DNA of 64,000 nucleotides, taken from NCBI RefSeq assembly GCF_006345805.1, contig NC_043011.1:27912464-27976463 (forward strand). Direction: 5' to 3'. Below, piece after piece: positions 39,645 to 51,450 of this stretch. Origin of the DNA: Octopus sinensis. Taxonomy: Eukaryota. Within the stretch, counting starts at the first letter, position 1. Every line of letters starts with the position of its first letter. The notes under the pieces were generated by a model. The model was not told where the DNA came from. It saw only the letters and a list, made by a program, of their open reading frames with translations, and ran no database searches. The translations under genes were made by a program, and so were the position numbers.

Positions 39645-40027
39645 TACAGGGTAAATGTTTTTTAAATTTTCTCCTGGTTTACGGAATTGATTTTTATTTG
39701 CGGTTGAAGCTCTGGCTGTTATTTCTAGTGGGTGAATGGCCTATTATGGCCGTTCCTTGATTGTTGATGTTGAACTTAAAAATGGTCTATGACTATTTAA
39801 TTTTTTCCCACTAGGCCGCTGGTGGCAAAAAATTCTACAAAATTTTTTTGCCACCCTATATTGATTAATTATGAATTTTCTGGTTAATTCCGTAATGGAA
39901 TCGACGGCTTATATGTATTTGTTGCCGATAAATTTGGCGCGAGTGCGATGATTTGAAAATTTTAGGTCAGATATTACCTTGGCAGGGTCGGTAATGCCTC
40001 GTGAAAATATCTGTTCCGACTTGGGCT

Positions 40028-40133
40028 ATTTCTTACTGAAGAATCTGAGGGCCTATGGAAGATTGGCTTGATTTATTTAATCAGGTTAGTTTACCATTAA
40101 ACAGCAGATGAAACGGTGCATCGTATAAGAAAT
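40028..40133 (+). ncRNA. Type I hammerhead ribozyme, copy 8 (cleavage after 40125)
   Basis: Core and stems intact; 1-nt deletion in the stem II insert. Confidence 0.85.
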
Positions 40134-40518
40134 TACAGGGTAAATGTTTTTTAAATTTTCTCCTGGTTTACGGAATTGATTTTTATTTGCGGTTGAAGCT
40201 CTGGCTGTTATTTCTAGTGGGTGAATGGCCTATTATGGCCGTTCCTTGATTGTTGATGTTGAACTTAAAAATGGTCTATGACTATTTAATTTTTTCCCAC
40301 TAGGCCGCTGGTGGCAAAAAAATTCTACAAAATTTTTTTTGCCACCCTATATTGATTAATTATGAATTTTCTGGTTAATTCCGTAATGGAATCGACGGCT
40401 TATATTTATTTGCTGCCGATAAATTTGGCGCGAGTGCGATGATTTGAAAATTTTAGGTCAGATATTACCTTGGCAGGGTCGGTAATGCCTCGTGAAAATA
40501 TCTGTTCCGACTTGGGCT

Positions 40519-40625
40519 ATTTCTTACTGAAGAATCTGAGGGCCTATGGAAGATTGGCTTGATTTAATTTAATCAGGTTAGTTTACCATTAAACAGCAGA
40601 TGAAACGGTGCATCGTATAAGAAAT
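40519..40625 (+). ncRNA. Type I hammerhead ribozyme, copy 9 (cleavage after 40617)
   Basis: Same core and stems as copy 1. Confidence 0.85.
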
Positions 40626-41006
40626 TACAGGGTAAATGTTTTTTAAATTTTCTCCTGGTTTACGGAATTGATTTTTATTTGCGGTTGAAGCTCTGGCTGT
40701 TATTTCTAGTGGGTGAATGGCCTATTATGGCCGTTCCTTGATTGTTGATGTTGAACTTAAAAATGGTCTATGACTATTTAATTTTTTCCCACTAGGCCGC
40801 TGGTGGCAAAAAATTCTACAAAATTTTTTTGCCACCCTATATTGATTAATTATGAATTTTCTGGTTAATTCCGTAATGGAATCGACGGCTTATATGTATT
40901 TGTTGCCGATAAATTTGGCGCGAGTGCGATGATTTGAAAATTTTAGGTCAGATATACCTTGGCAGGTCGGTAATGCCTCGTGAAAATATCTGTTCCGACT
41001 TGGGCT

Positions 41007-41112
41007 ATTCTTACTGAAGAATCTGAGGGCCTATGGAAGATTGGCTTGATTTAATTTAATCAGGTTAGTTTACCATTAAACAGCAGATGAAACGGTGCAT
41101 CTTATAAGATAT
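41007..41112 (+). ncRNA. Hammerhead ribozyme copy 10, probably impaired
   Basis: G>T at 41102 turns GUA into UUA and breaks the C15.2-G16.2 pair. A>T at 41110 and a T loss weaken stem I. Confidence 0.6.
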
Positions 41113-41498
41113 TACAGGGTAAATGTTTTTTAAATTTTCTCCTGGTTTACGGAATTGATTTTTATTTGCGGTTGAAGCTCTGGCTGTTATTTCTAGTGGG
41201 TGAATGGCCTATTATGGCCGTTCCTTGATTGTTGATGTTGAACTTAAAAATGGTCTATGACTATTTAATTTTTTCCCACTAGGCCGCTGGTGGCAAAAAA
41301 ATTCTACAAAATTTTTTTTTGCCACCCTATATTGATTAATTATGAATTTTCTGGTTAATTCCGTATTGGAATCGACGGCTTATATTTATTTGCTGCCGAT
41401 AAATTTGGCGCGAGTGCGATGATTTGAAAATTTTAGGTCAGATATTACCTTGGCAGGGTCGGTAATGCCTCGTGAAAATATCTGTTCCGACTTGGGCT

Positions 41499-41605
41499 AT
41501 TTCTTACTGAAGAATCTGAGGGCCTATGGAAGATTGGCTTGATTTAATTTAATCAGGTTAGTTTACCATTAAACAGCAGATGAAACGGTGCATCGTATAA
41601 GAAAT
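41499..41605 (+). ncRNA. Type I hammerhead ribozyme, copy 11 (cleavage after 41597)
   Basis: Same core and stems as copy 1. Confidence 0.85.
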
Positions 41606-41989
41606 TACAGGGTAAATGTTTTTTAAATTTTCTCCTGGTTTACGGAATTGATTTTTATTTGCGGTTGAAGCTCTGGCTGTTATTTCTAGTGGGTGAATGG
41701 CCTATTATGGCCGTTCCTTGATTGTTGATGTTGAACTTAAAAATGGTCTATGACTATTTAATTTTTTCCCACTAGGCCGCTGGTGGCAAAAAAATTCTAC
41801 AAAATTTTTTTTGCCACCCTATATTGATTATTATGAATTTTCTGGTTAATTCCGTAATGGAATCGACGGCTTATATTTATTTGCTGCCGATAAATTTGGC
41901 GCGAGTGCGATGATTTGAAAATTTTAGGTCAGATATTACCTTGGCAGGGTCGGTAATGCCTCGTGAAAATATCTGTTCCGACTTGGGCT

Positions 41990-42095
41990 ATTTCTTACTG
42001 AAGAATCTGAGGGCCTATGGAAGATTGGCTTGATTTAATTTAATCAGGTTAGTTTACCATTAACAGCAGATGAAACGGTGCATCGTATAAGAAAT
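41990..42095 (+). ncRNA. Type I hammerhead ribozyme, copy 12 (cleavage after 42087)
   Basis: Core and stems intact; 1-nt deletion in the stem II insert. Confidence 0.85.
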
Positions 42096-42224
42096 TACAG
42101 GGTAAATGTTTTTTAATTTTCTCCTGTTTACGGAATTGATTTTTATTTGCGGTTGAAGCTCTGGCTGTTACTTCTAGTGGGTGAATGGCCTATTATGGCC
42201 GTTCCTTGATTGTTGATATATATA

Positions 42225-42293
<69 letters not shown>

Positions 42294-42330
42294 TGTGTGT
42301 AAGGTTCAAAAGGAACACACGAGTTGATAT

Positions 42331-42768
42331 ATATGGAAAAAAGAAGTCAAGGTAGAAAATGCTAAATTAATTTTATAAAAAACATTTCAAAACCGGTTTG
42401 AGTCATTGAAACTTTTTCAACCGTAAGTATGGAAAACAACTAAATTTTGGAAAAATTAAAAGAAGAGATTTTAAAAAGAATATTTGTATAGTATTCAAAT
42501 ACAAAGAGCCTTTTTCCTTCTTTCTGCCTGTCTCTGTCTCTCTTGTTTACTCTTGTGGGTTCGCGGTCGTTGTGAATTCTTGGTCTTGGTAGGGAGAAGA
42601 AGAAGAAGAAGAAGAAGAAGAAGAAGAAGAAGAAGAAGAAGAAGAAGAAGAAGAAGAAGAAGAAGAAGAAGAAGAAGAAGAAGCATGAGGGAGTACCATG
42701 ATAGTAGTACTGAAATGTTTTTTTATAAAATTATTTTAGAATTTTCTACCTTGACTTTTTTCCATATA
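42331..42768. mobile_element. Element bounded by ~58-bp inverted arms (42331-42389 / 42711-42768) enclosing an (AAG)n tract
   Basis: ATATGGAAAAAAGAAGTCAAGGTAGAAAAT...AAAAAACATTTCA versus TGAAATGTTTTTTTATAAAA...ATTTTCTACCTTGACTTTTTTCCATAT. Confidence 0.6.
42595..42683. repeat. (AAG)n microsatellite
   Basis: Directly visible. Confidence 0.97.
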
Positions 42769-42795
42769 CATATATATATATATATAATATATATA

Positions 42796-42836
<41 letters not shown>

Positions 42837-44849
42837 TATATATATATATTACTTAATGTAGTATATATATATGTTACTTGATGTGGTGTATATAAAACAA
42901 TAAGTTCAAGCGGTATGAGAGGTGAATATATATTTATTCAACCACGTGACTTCCACAGAATTACGCCTGCTTCGCAAACTTCGGCCTTCCATACAGTGCA
43001 TATATAAGAAAGTAAAATTTATATTTATGACTGAATTGTTGGTGTACCCATGATGCTCCTTGTTACACAAATGAAAAAGACACAACAAGAGATTCTGGTC
43101 ATTGATTGTACAACAGCCAAGAGACATCATGAAGGAAGCGAAGATCAGAAATACCCCCATCCAGAACAAAGTTAAACTCACTAGCGTAGACGCAATATTC
43201 GGCGCAGTGAAATCTTCAGTGGATTGGTTGTGTTCAGAATAAAATAAACGGTGCTCGTAAAGGTCTAAATTTACTAGAAATAAGGGTAGAGCTTTCATTT
43301 AGGTACAAGAATCTGGCTAAGACTAAGAGACAGCAACTGGACATCAAAACCCAGCAAACAGGCTATAGTAGTTGAGAGATGAAATTGGAGGAGATCGATT
43401 CACTTGAGATATTCACGATACTGATCGCGAATTTCACACATTCGACCAGCGTTGGTTATCCACAGATTACCTATTATGATGCCATAAATGTGATCACAAT
43501 CATGTTTCAGGTAGTGAAAACTAACAATACCTAATTTTATTTCGTCATCGATCTATATGCCTTCCGATTGTCTTTGAAGTTAAACTTATCTTCACTGATA
43601 AATATTCCAGTGCACATGTAGATTAGCACATTAAATACTTCCGAATGAACAATGGTATGAATTGACACTAATACCTTAAATTCGTGGTGTTAACTCTGCA
43701 AAATTATGATCAATATTGAACCTCACGCCGATTCATAACAAAATCAAGATACATTATTTACATAGAACAGATAAACACATTGAACAATATATCATGTAAG
43801 ACAGTGATAAATGTACTGCTTTCATCTTCGTACCGAGCCAAACATAACAGATATAAATCACCAATGTGTAAAATGAACTCAAAATCACAATTATCATAAA
43901 TCAAACTTTCGAACTAACACCACTTTACCATTGGATGAAATATCATCCGATGTGTTTTGCCACAAATTCATTGCAGGTTTTATTCTGTTTATTATTCGAC
44001 ACAAGATCATTCAATTCAACCTGGAGGAAGTACGAAAGGATAATTTATCAAAAGTATTCACTAATACTCATTGTTGGTTTGTAAATGTCAGATCTCAAAT
44101 CAGTAGTAAAATGCATTAGAAATTCAATATTGGGGCTTTTTCCCACACACAATTGTACCTTATATTCTGAATATTCTCCCGCTCGCTAAATCCAGACGAT
44201 GAATTCAAGTGATAAAAATTTTAAGTTATTGAAATTTTCCGTTTCTTTTATTATCAATATCCTTATAGAGATGCTGCAGTGTTGATGAAATATCTTTAAA
44301 TATATATTAGGAATGTTAGGAATCATCATTACGGTTTATTGTCAATAGCCGTTGTATTTTGTCGTTAATTTTGACATTTATTAATAAAAAAACCTTATAA
44401 TTAAACTAGAATATAGTCGAGTAAATTAATGCACAATTTACTAACATCTGATTATTGCCCCACCTATCAATGATTCTAGTTGTACAACAGTTATTATGAT
44501 AAGGTGTTACCAGCAATCCCGATTTCAAGCATGTGCATAGAGGGCTGGTGGTAATGATTGGGGGTACCGAGTGTCCAGTGGCCCTGAGTTTCTAGGGGAC
44601 CAATGATAAGCTATGTACACTTTGGCGTGCGTGTAAAGGGTCCAGTGCAACTTTTGCCTAGCAGCTTGTAAAGCTGGCCTCTTGCTTAACTTTTCTGCAT
44701 TCCTGGAGAAATTGGGGTTGGGAGTAGTGCCACAATAATCCATCTAGCGACGAAAAAGAGAGACGTTTTTGAGGGAATAAATATATAAGAACAAACTAAT
44801 CGACGAAAATACTTTACTGGTACATTAGTTACACATCATGTAAGGACAA

Positions 44850-45140
44850 AATGCAATGTAGGCATCAAGGAAATTTGAACTCACAGGTCGGAAGGACGAA
44901 ATGTACACGGCAAAGCATCCTGTCTGACACTTCAATGATATTGCATTTTCGCCGTCTTTAGAAAATATATCTTTAGATTTACATGCGATTACGTCGACCT
45001 CGGTGTTTGACTGTTACTTAATTTATCGATCCAGAGCGGATAAAAGGGAAAGTTGACCTCCTCCTCGGAAATTGAGCTCAGAACGTAGCGACGGAATAAT
45101 GCTAAACATTCTGCCCGGCGTGTTAACGGTGCTACCGGAC
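44850..45140 (-). mobile_element. Two decayed SINE family C fragments
   Basis: GGAAATTTGAACTCA and GTTGACCTC..CGGAAATTGAGCTCAGAACGTAGCGACGGAAT..GCTAAACATTCTGCCCGGCGTGTTAACG. Confidence 0.55.
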
Positions 45141-45466
45141 TTACGACAAGTCAACAATATTAACAACTGTCATGGCAACAAAAAGGTAACACAAAAATTG
45201 AAAATGACTATAATTATAATATATGTAGTTTCAATTTTAGTTGAACTGATCAGTCATTCAATATATCTCCAAAATAAAAGAGATAAAGTAATTAAATTGA
45301 TTCGTTCATATCTGATTGAAGTTATTAAATTGATCCACTCATACCTGATTGAATTGTGCAAAACAGGGCATTTTTTCATTTGATCTTATTAAATATATAC
45401 ATACATTAACAGACACACACGCACACATCATCCCCATCACCACATACACACAGCAGCATATAAGTA

Positions 45467-46471
45467 TTAGGTTGTTTCACATGAAATGTCGTATTTAGAA
45501 GGTAACAATAAAATGTTTCAGAAATGTTAGAGAACTGATTTATTTAATCAGAGTATGATCCATGTTCATTTACGACGTTTACCCAACGTTTCTCTATGTC
45601 ATATATTCCCATCTTTAAAACAAATTCATCTTTTGCTGCGATAAACTGTCCGAATATTTCAATTACCTCTTCTCTATTTAAGAATGTTTTATTTCGAAAA
45701 GTCCAAAATACTTAAATAAGTGATAATCAGTAGGAGAGATAACAGGGGTTTAGGGAAGATGCTGCAAAATCTCATAATTCAGGATTTGCAACTATTGGAC
45801 GGTAGCTTGAGGAGTGTGAGGACGTATATTGTCGTGGATCAAAATCGGGCCTTCTTTCTTCATTAGTCTGGGTTCCTTCTTTTTCAAATGTTTTTTTTTT
45901 CCAGTCGAGAAAGCAATAAGGAGCATACTTCGAGGCGTCTGTTTTTTTTTTAATCTCATTCAGTTAATGTGGAACAAACCTGTCCATTATCTTGAATTTT
46001 CCAAGTTTTTACAGGTATCCAGAAACAGTTGTGCGAGATGTTTTCAGTTCTGTTGAAAGCTTTCGAACCTTTGTTCTCGGATTTTGTTCAGCGAAAGCAT
46101 TTAATCCACCAAGCCGAATAACTGATTTTGGCCTACCCGTTAGTTTATTTTCAAGGCTATCATCTCCTGAATGAGAGCTTAGGAACCATCTCTGAATAGT
46201 TCTGCTGCCAACAAAACCATTATGAAGGCCCGCTTGATATTCCGTAAAGATCCTGTGGCAAAGTGACCCAGTTGGTACTCATACGAGAAAATAATTCAAC
46301 ATAGTCGGGTTGATATAATTTTCATAGGGTCTGTCGGTACGAATTATGTATACCAATATTTTTGAGAAAGAAAAGAAGTCAAGATTAAATGCAAGATATA
46401 CATAATTGAGTTTTTAAATGATTGAAATAACAAGTACTTAAAATTGCGGCATTTCATGTGAAACAACCTAA
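45467..46471 (-). mobile_element. Defective mariner transposon (~1.0 kb, deleted and frameshifted)
   Basis: TIR TTAGGTTGTTTCACATGAAATG at both ends with TA flanks. Transposase remnants HDNIRPHT, SPTDYHLFKY and KRWVNVVNEHG. Confidence 0.88.
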
Positions 46472-46677
46472 TATATATGTAGGTAGGTAGGTAGACATTT
46501 ACTTATGTGTGCGCGCACGCGAGCTTCAGCTGTTGTGAGTGTGTCATGAATGAGTTTTTTCATCTCTCTCTTCCTGTCACTGGATACTCATATACCCACA
46601 CACACATATATATATATACACATGTATACATGAATATACATATATGTATACATAGGTATGTGTGTATATATATATAT

Positions 46678-46759
<82 letters not shown>

Positions 46760-46769
<10 letters not shown>

Positions 46770-47626
46770 AAACTGTAGTTGTGTGAGTGTCTGTCTCCTA
46801 CGACTTAGATTCCTAACTACTCCCACATTTTGCGGTGCAGTTTAACCAAAACCGGGTATCTCACAGTCGTGATACATATCGAGCCCGTGTGGCAATTAGC
46901 GCGCGTCTACGATGAGTCTACGATTTTAAAAATAATTTAACATTATTTTTTATTCCATTTTAATGCATAATTTTTCGTGTGTCGATGGCGGCGGAGTTGG
47001 CGTCCATGGTCACACCAGCACCTGTTTGCTTCTCCCTCGTGAAGCTGTGGGAAGGGAGTGCAAGGAAATCAACGTCGTAATGAGTTGTCAAGGAGACCAG
47101 CGTTCTTTTAGAACAACGACTTCATGGCTTGAAGTCGCCAAAACAGAAATCGCTAAAAAAGCTGAAACAGATCCACAAAAACGGCAATTACAAACAATTT
47201 GCACAACCGAATGTTTTAGTTGTTGCACAAATCTTTATATATAAAAGTGAAGTTGTGTGTCTGTCTCCTACGATTTAGATTCCTAACTACTCCCACATTT
47301 TGCGGTGCAGTTTAACCAAAACCGGGTATCTTATAGTCGTGATTCATATCGAGCCCTTCTGGGTATTAGCGCGCGTCTACGATGAGTCTATGATTTTAAA
47401 AAAAATTACCATCATTTTTTTCCATTTTAATGCATTTTGTCGCTATTATATAAGGGAAGTAACTCTCTAAAAATGTCTACGATGAGTCAACGATTAAAAA
47501 AAAATTACCATAATTTTTTTTCCATTTTTAATGCATTTTTTTGCTATTTTTTTGCTGTAACTCACTAAAAATGCTTATATAGTTATTTCTCTTACAAACC
47601 CGAGCAATGCCGGGCGATACTGCTAG
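46760..47626 (+). mobile_element. Non-autonomous Helitron, tandem/composite (unit 1 ~46760-47231, unit 2 47232-47626)
   Basis: Unit 2 starts A|TCTTTATATATAAAA and ends with hairpin CCCGAGCAATGCCGGG, 8 nt, then CTAG|T. About 190 bp of the 5' part is duplicated in unit 1. Confidence 0.82.
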
Positions 47627-47830
47627 TATTATATAAAACCCGTTCTGCCTGTCTGTCTGTGTCTTCTAGGATCTCAATCTCTATCCGATTGCGCTCAAAT
47701 TTGATATGCAGATACCGACGGTATCAGGGCGTGTATAAGTCTTGAAGAAATTACAAAAATCGATCCCAGGTGGGAATGCAATTGATAAAGCCATGGGAAC
47801 GTGCACTTGTACGCGCAAGTACATCAGCTG
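47627..47830 (+). mobile_element. Probable 5' part of another Helitron-type non-autonomous element
   Basis: TATATAAAA...(TCTG)n...ATCCGATTGCGCTCAAATTTGATATGCAGAT is typical of such elements; no 3' end found. Confidence 0.4.
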
Positions 47831-48379
47831 TTGCGATCGATACTACGCGTACGCGAGAAAACTTCTCGTGCATTTTGCGCAAAAAAAGCCAGCTGGCTTG
47901 AAATAATGCCACAAAATGCAGTATATTTAAGAGACCAAAAACGTAAGATGCACAAGAGATATTTTCTTCAAACTTGGCACGAAGAAAGGAAAGACTATTT
48001 GGTTTCTCAAGAATTTTTTTTTGCCTTAACTTCGTTTAACAAAATCAAAAATTTTATTGAAATAAACCTTTCCTGCCAAGCTTACTGTTTAAACCATATT
48101 TGTGTTCTCCCAGTCAACAGCCTTATCATTACAGGTACTTTAAACACTTCGGTTGCATATTTGTGTGAATAAAATCGTTTTTCTTTGGAATAGAAAAACG
48201 TCTACCGTTATTTCTTCATTTGCTGGTGTCTCAAATTTAGGTTAAATCAGTGTTTCTTAAAGGGGAGGCCTATGGGACGATCGGACAAGTTGTTTTGAAA
48301 AAAATTGGTTTAAGTGTTTGGCAACCCAGCACCGTCCATTTGACGGGTGGCATTTTGCTCGTATATATATATATTAAAT

Positions 48380-49420
48380 TAGAGATAAAACTACTATTAG
48401 GCAAATCAAACAGTGAAAAACATAAACCAAAACATAGAAATAAATTAATTAATATAATATACAAAATATATAAAATATAAAATTCAAAATTTAAATTATT
48501 TAAATTTAAAGCTAAAATCAATTTTTTTTTAAATTATTAATTTATACTTATAAAATTTATATATATATATATATATTATATATATATATAATATATATAT
48601 ATATATTATTAATATTTTTATTTTTATTATAATTTTTATTTTTATTTTTATTTTTTATTTTTTATTTTTTTTATTATATATTTATTTAATTTTTTAAAAT
48701 ATATATAACTATCAAAACGTATTGAAAAGTTTAATATAAGATAAAAAGTAAAACCATCACGATCGTTTCATGCCCATAACCTAATTTGAATAATAATAAT
48801 TTAAATTCAATTAATAATTCGAATTATGGTTATAGTCAATCTTCAGGTTAATGATAATATTTAAATAAATAATCAAAAATATTTAAACAATATTTTTTAA
48901 GAAATAAATAAAATAATAATTTTTCTTATAAAAAAACTCTATTACCAAACTAGAAACTTTAACGATTATGATTATGTCATACAATCGATTATAATGTTAA
49001 ATATAAATTTTTAAGTATTAATTTTTAAGGTAAGAATAGATAGAAAATGTATTTATCTATTCAGATATAATATGGCTTTAAAAAAACATAATAAACCCAC
49101 AAATAATCTAATCTCAGTTATAGTCAATATCTAATTACCTAAATAATTAACAAAAAAAAATCACTATTCATATTAAATTTAATTTTAAGTCAAATAATTA
49201 TACAATATCTGAATAATAACTAAATTATCAATGAATATATATAAATGTATATAAGTATAAGAATTAAGATCTAAAATTATCTCTATCAATAAATATATAT
49301 GCACGTATAATAAAGACCTAATAAATTAATTATTCATTATTACTTAAAAATATATTAAAAGATTAAAGATGAAAAAGCAAATTGTAAACAAATTAACAAA
49401 CTATCTTAAAAGAACGCTAT
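48380..49420. other. Extremely A+T-rich low-complexity block
   Basis: Two sampled 60-nt lines contain only 7-8 G+C each (~87% AT). Confidence 0.8.
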
Positions 49421-50018
49421 ATGTATGTATGTATCCCTCTATATGTGTATATATATATATGTTAGATATGTATGTATGTATATATATATATATATATACA
49501 TAATCGGTATGTGAGGTAGAGATTAAATGTGCTTTTGAACCAAACCCAATACGACACTCATAAAAGCGCATATGCGACGTAAATACAATATTTCTTTAGG
49601 GGGTTCTTTTAAGAATGATGTCAAATATAAATAGATTTACAATGCAGTTTTATTCCCTGTCGTCCAAGACAGAAATAGATTCAGATTTACAATTTATATC
49701 AGAATCTCATCTCATCAGTTATATGGTAAACAGTGACGTCAAGCTATATGTTTGTTTGTGAGAGAGAGAGGTGTATATGTGAATGTATGTATTTATGTAT
49801 CGGTGTATAATATTAAAACGGACACAATTTTTTAATACCAAAAATGATTGCGAAGGTGACGTATATATTTAGCCCTGACGGATAATTCTGGCGGTAATTG
49901 GAAAGGTTAAGTTTCTTGGTTACAAGAGGACGAAAATGAATATATGCGTGTGTTTGTGCGTATGTGCGTATGCGCATGTCTGAGTTTGTGTATGTGTATA
50001 CACGCATTTAAAGAAACG

Positions 50019-50050
<32 letters not shown>

Positions 50051-50185
50051 TATGTATATATGTATAAATGTGGATTTGTGTGTGCATGTATATAAATATA
50101 TTCGTTCATTTATATACAAACTAATACACATATATATAGATAATTATATATGTATGTATATATATATATATATATATATAGATAT

Positions 50186-50219
<34 letters not shown>

Positions 50220-50240
50220 CGTATATATATATATATATAT

Positions 50241-50333
<93 letters not shown>

Positions 50334-50485
50334 TGTTCATATAAATACATACACAAACACTTACACACACAGTTGTTTTGAGAGTTATTTGAGAAATTAT
50401 TTGCTAATTTAATACAACTCTAATCTAGCAAAAATCCAATATATTCAAGCAAAGTTTTGTACCTATAATCTCGATGACCTTTTTT

Positions 50486-51450
50486 ATATTTTTATTCCAT
50501 GAATCCGCTTTCGATTTCGATGCATCCTATAATGCGAGCCCTCAATCTTTTACACCCATGCACTCAATGATCTCTATATATATTCCACTCAATGATACGC
50601 ATGTATTCCGGACAAAGGCTGCCTTAAGATGTTATTGTATTGTGAGGATGTTCATCAAATTCTCTTTCATTAAATGGTGTAGTCCATGGGATTTAAATCT
50701 GGCTAGTTTGGAGCACATATGTTTGGTGTTACGTGATAGTAAAAACTGTCTGACGTTTATTTTTGGGTTACGTTGGCTTGTGAGAGAAATGCTTAGTTTT
50801 GTCGAATCACGTATGTCCTTCCACTGTGTATTTCAAATATCCAGAACTTAACAACTGTATCTTGGTTCCCAACGTAACCAGGTACATTAACGCTAAGGCC
50901 CTGTGTAAAGATGTGAGATAGCATAACATGGATTTCATTATTCAACACTCCTAAGACAAACCCAGTTGCAGAAAACTGCATTACTGTTGGAACATCAGAA
51001 AGATCTTCACATGAACTGTTATACTTCATGATTTTGGTCTTCGTTTTTCTCACCAAAGAAGCATGCCATGTTCTTGAGGTGATTAATTTTTTAAGCAACT
51101 CCATTGCAAGGATCAAGCTGTTTTTTCTGTATATTTGCAAGCATGAATTGCCCTCTCTCTGTCCTGACGTAGGACATGTATGTGCTCGTGCAAGGCATTC
51201 CTGATGTTCCACCCCGACAGCTGAAAGTTTTGAGTGATAGCCCTCATTCATTTTCCGGGATCATCATCGATGAATTTTAAACTCTGATGTTCTTATAGTG
51301 CCCGAATGTTTAGAGTATGTTTCTTTCATACAAGCTGGACATATACGGCAAGGGCTTCCAATTCCGTGCTATCTTTGTGTACAAATGATCTTGCAAGATT
51401 CAGAAAGATGACAATTTCTATGTTCCGCACATATGTTTAAAATGATGCAT
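50486..51450 (-). pseudogene. Decayed maT (DD37D, Bmmar1-like) transposase
   Basis: Frameshifted pieces IRNALHE, FFGEKNEDQ (for FSDEKNFDQ), DVPTVM...VLGVLNNEIHVMLSHIFTQGLSVN, GRTYVIRQN and PDLNPMDY. Confidence 0.82.

Larger units (their letters stand above)
36292..42217 (+). repeat. Tandem array of 12 near-identical ~491-bp units plus 43 bp, each carrying a hammerhead ribozyme motif (non-LTR retrozyme-like satellite)
   Basis: Unit starts (TAGTGG) at 36292, 36783, 37273, 37764, 38253, 38745, 39234, 39726, 40215, 40707, 41194, 41687 and 42175 (partial). Differences are mostly homopolymer indels. No ORF of 60 aa or more. Confidence 0.97.

Noticed and set aside
36292-42217. CRISPR-like or gene-cluster (5S, histone, tRNA) interpretation of the array
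   Set aside because: Units are wholly repeated with no unique spacers, contain no ORF and show no 5S, tRNA or histone signature; the context is eukaryotic.
48380-49420. Mitochondrial insertion (NUMT)
   Set aside because: No recognisable mitochondrial rRNA, tRNA or protein motif was found by eye.
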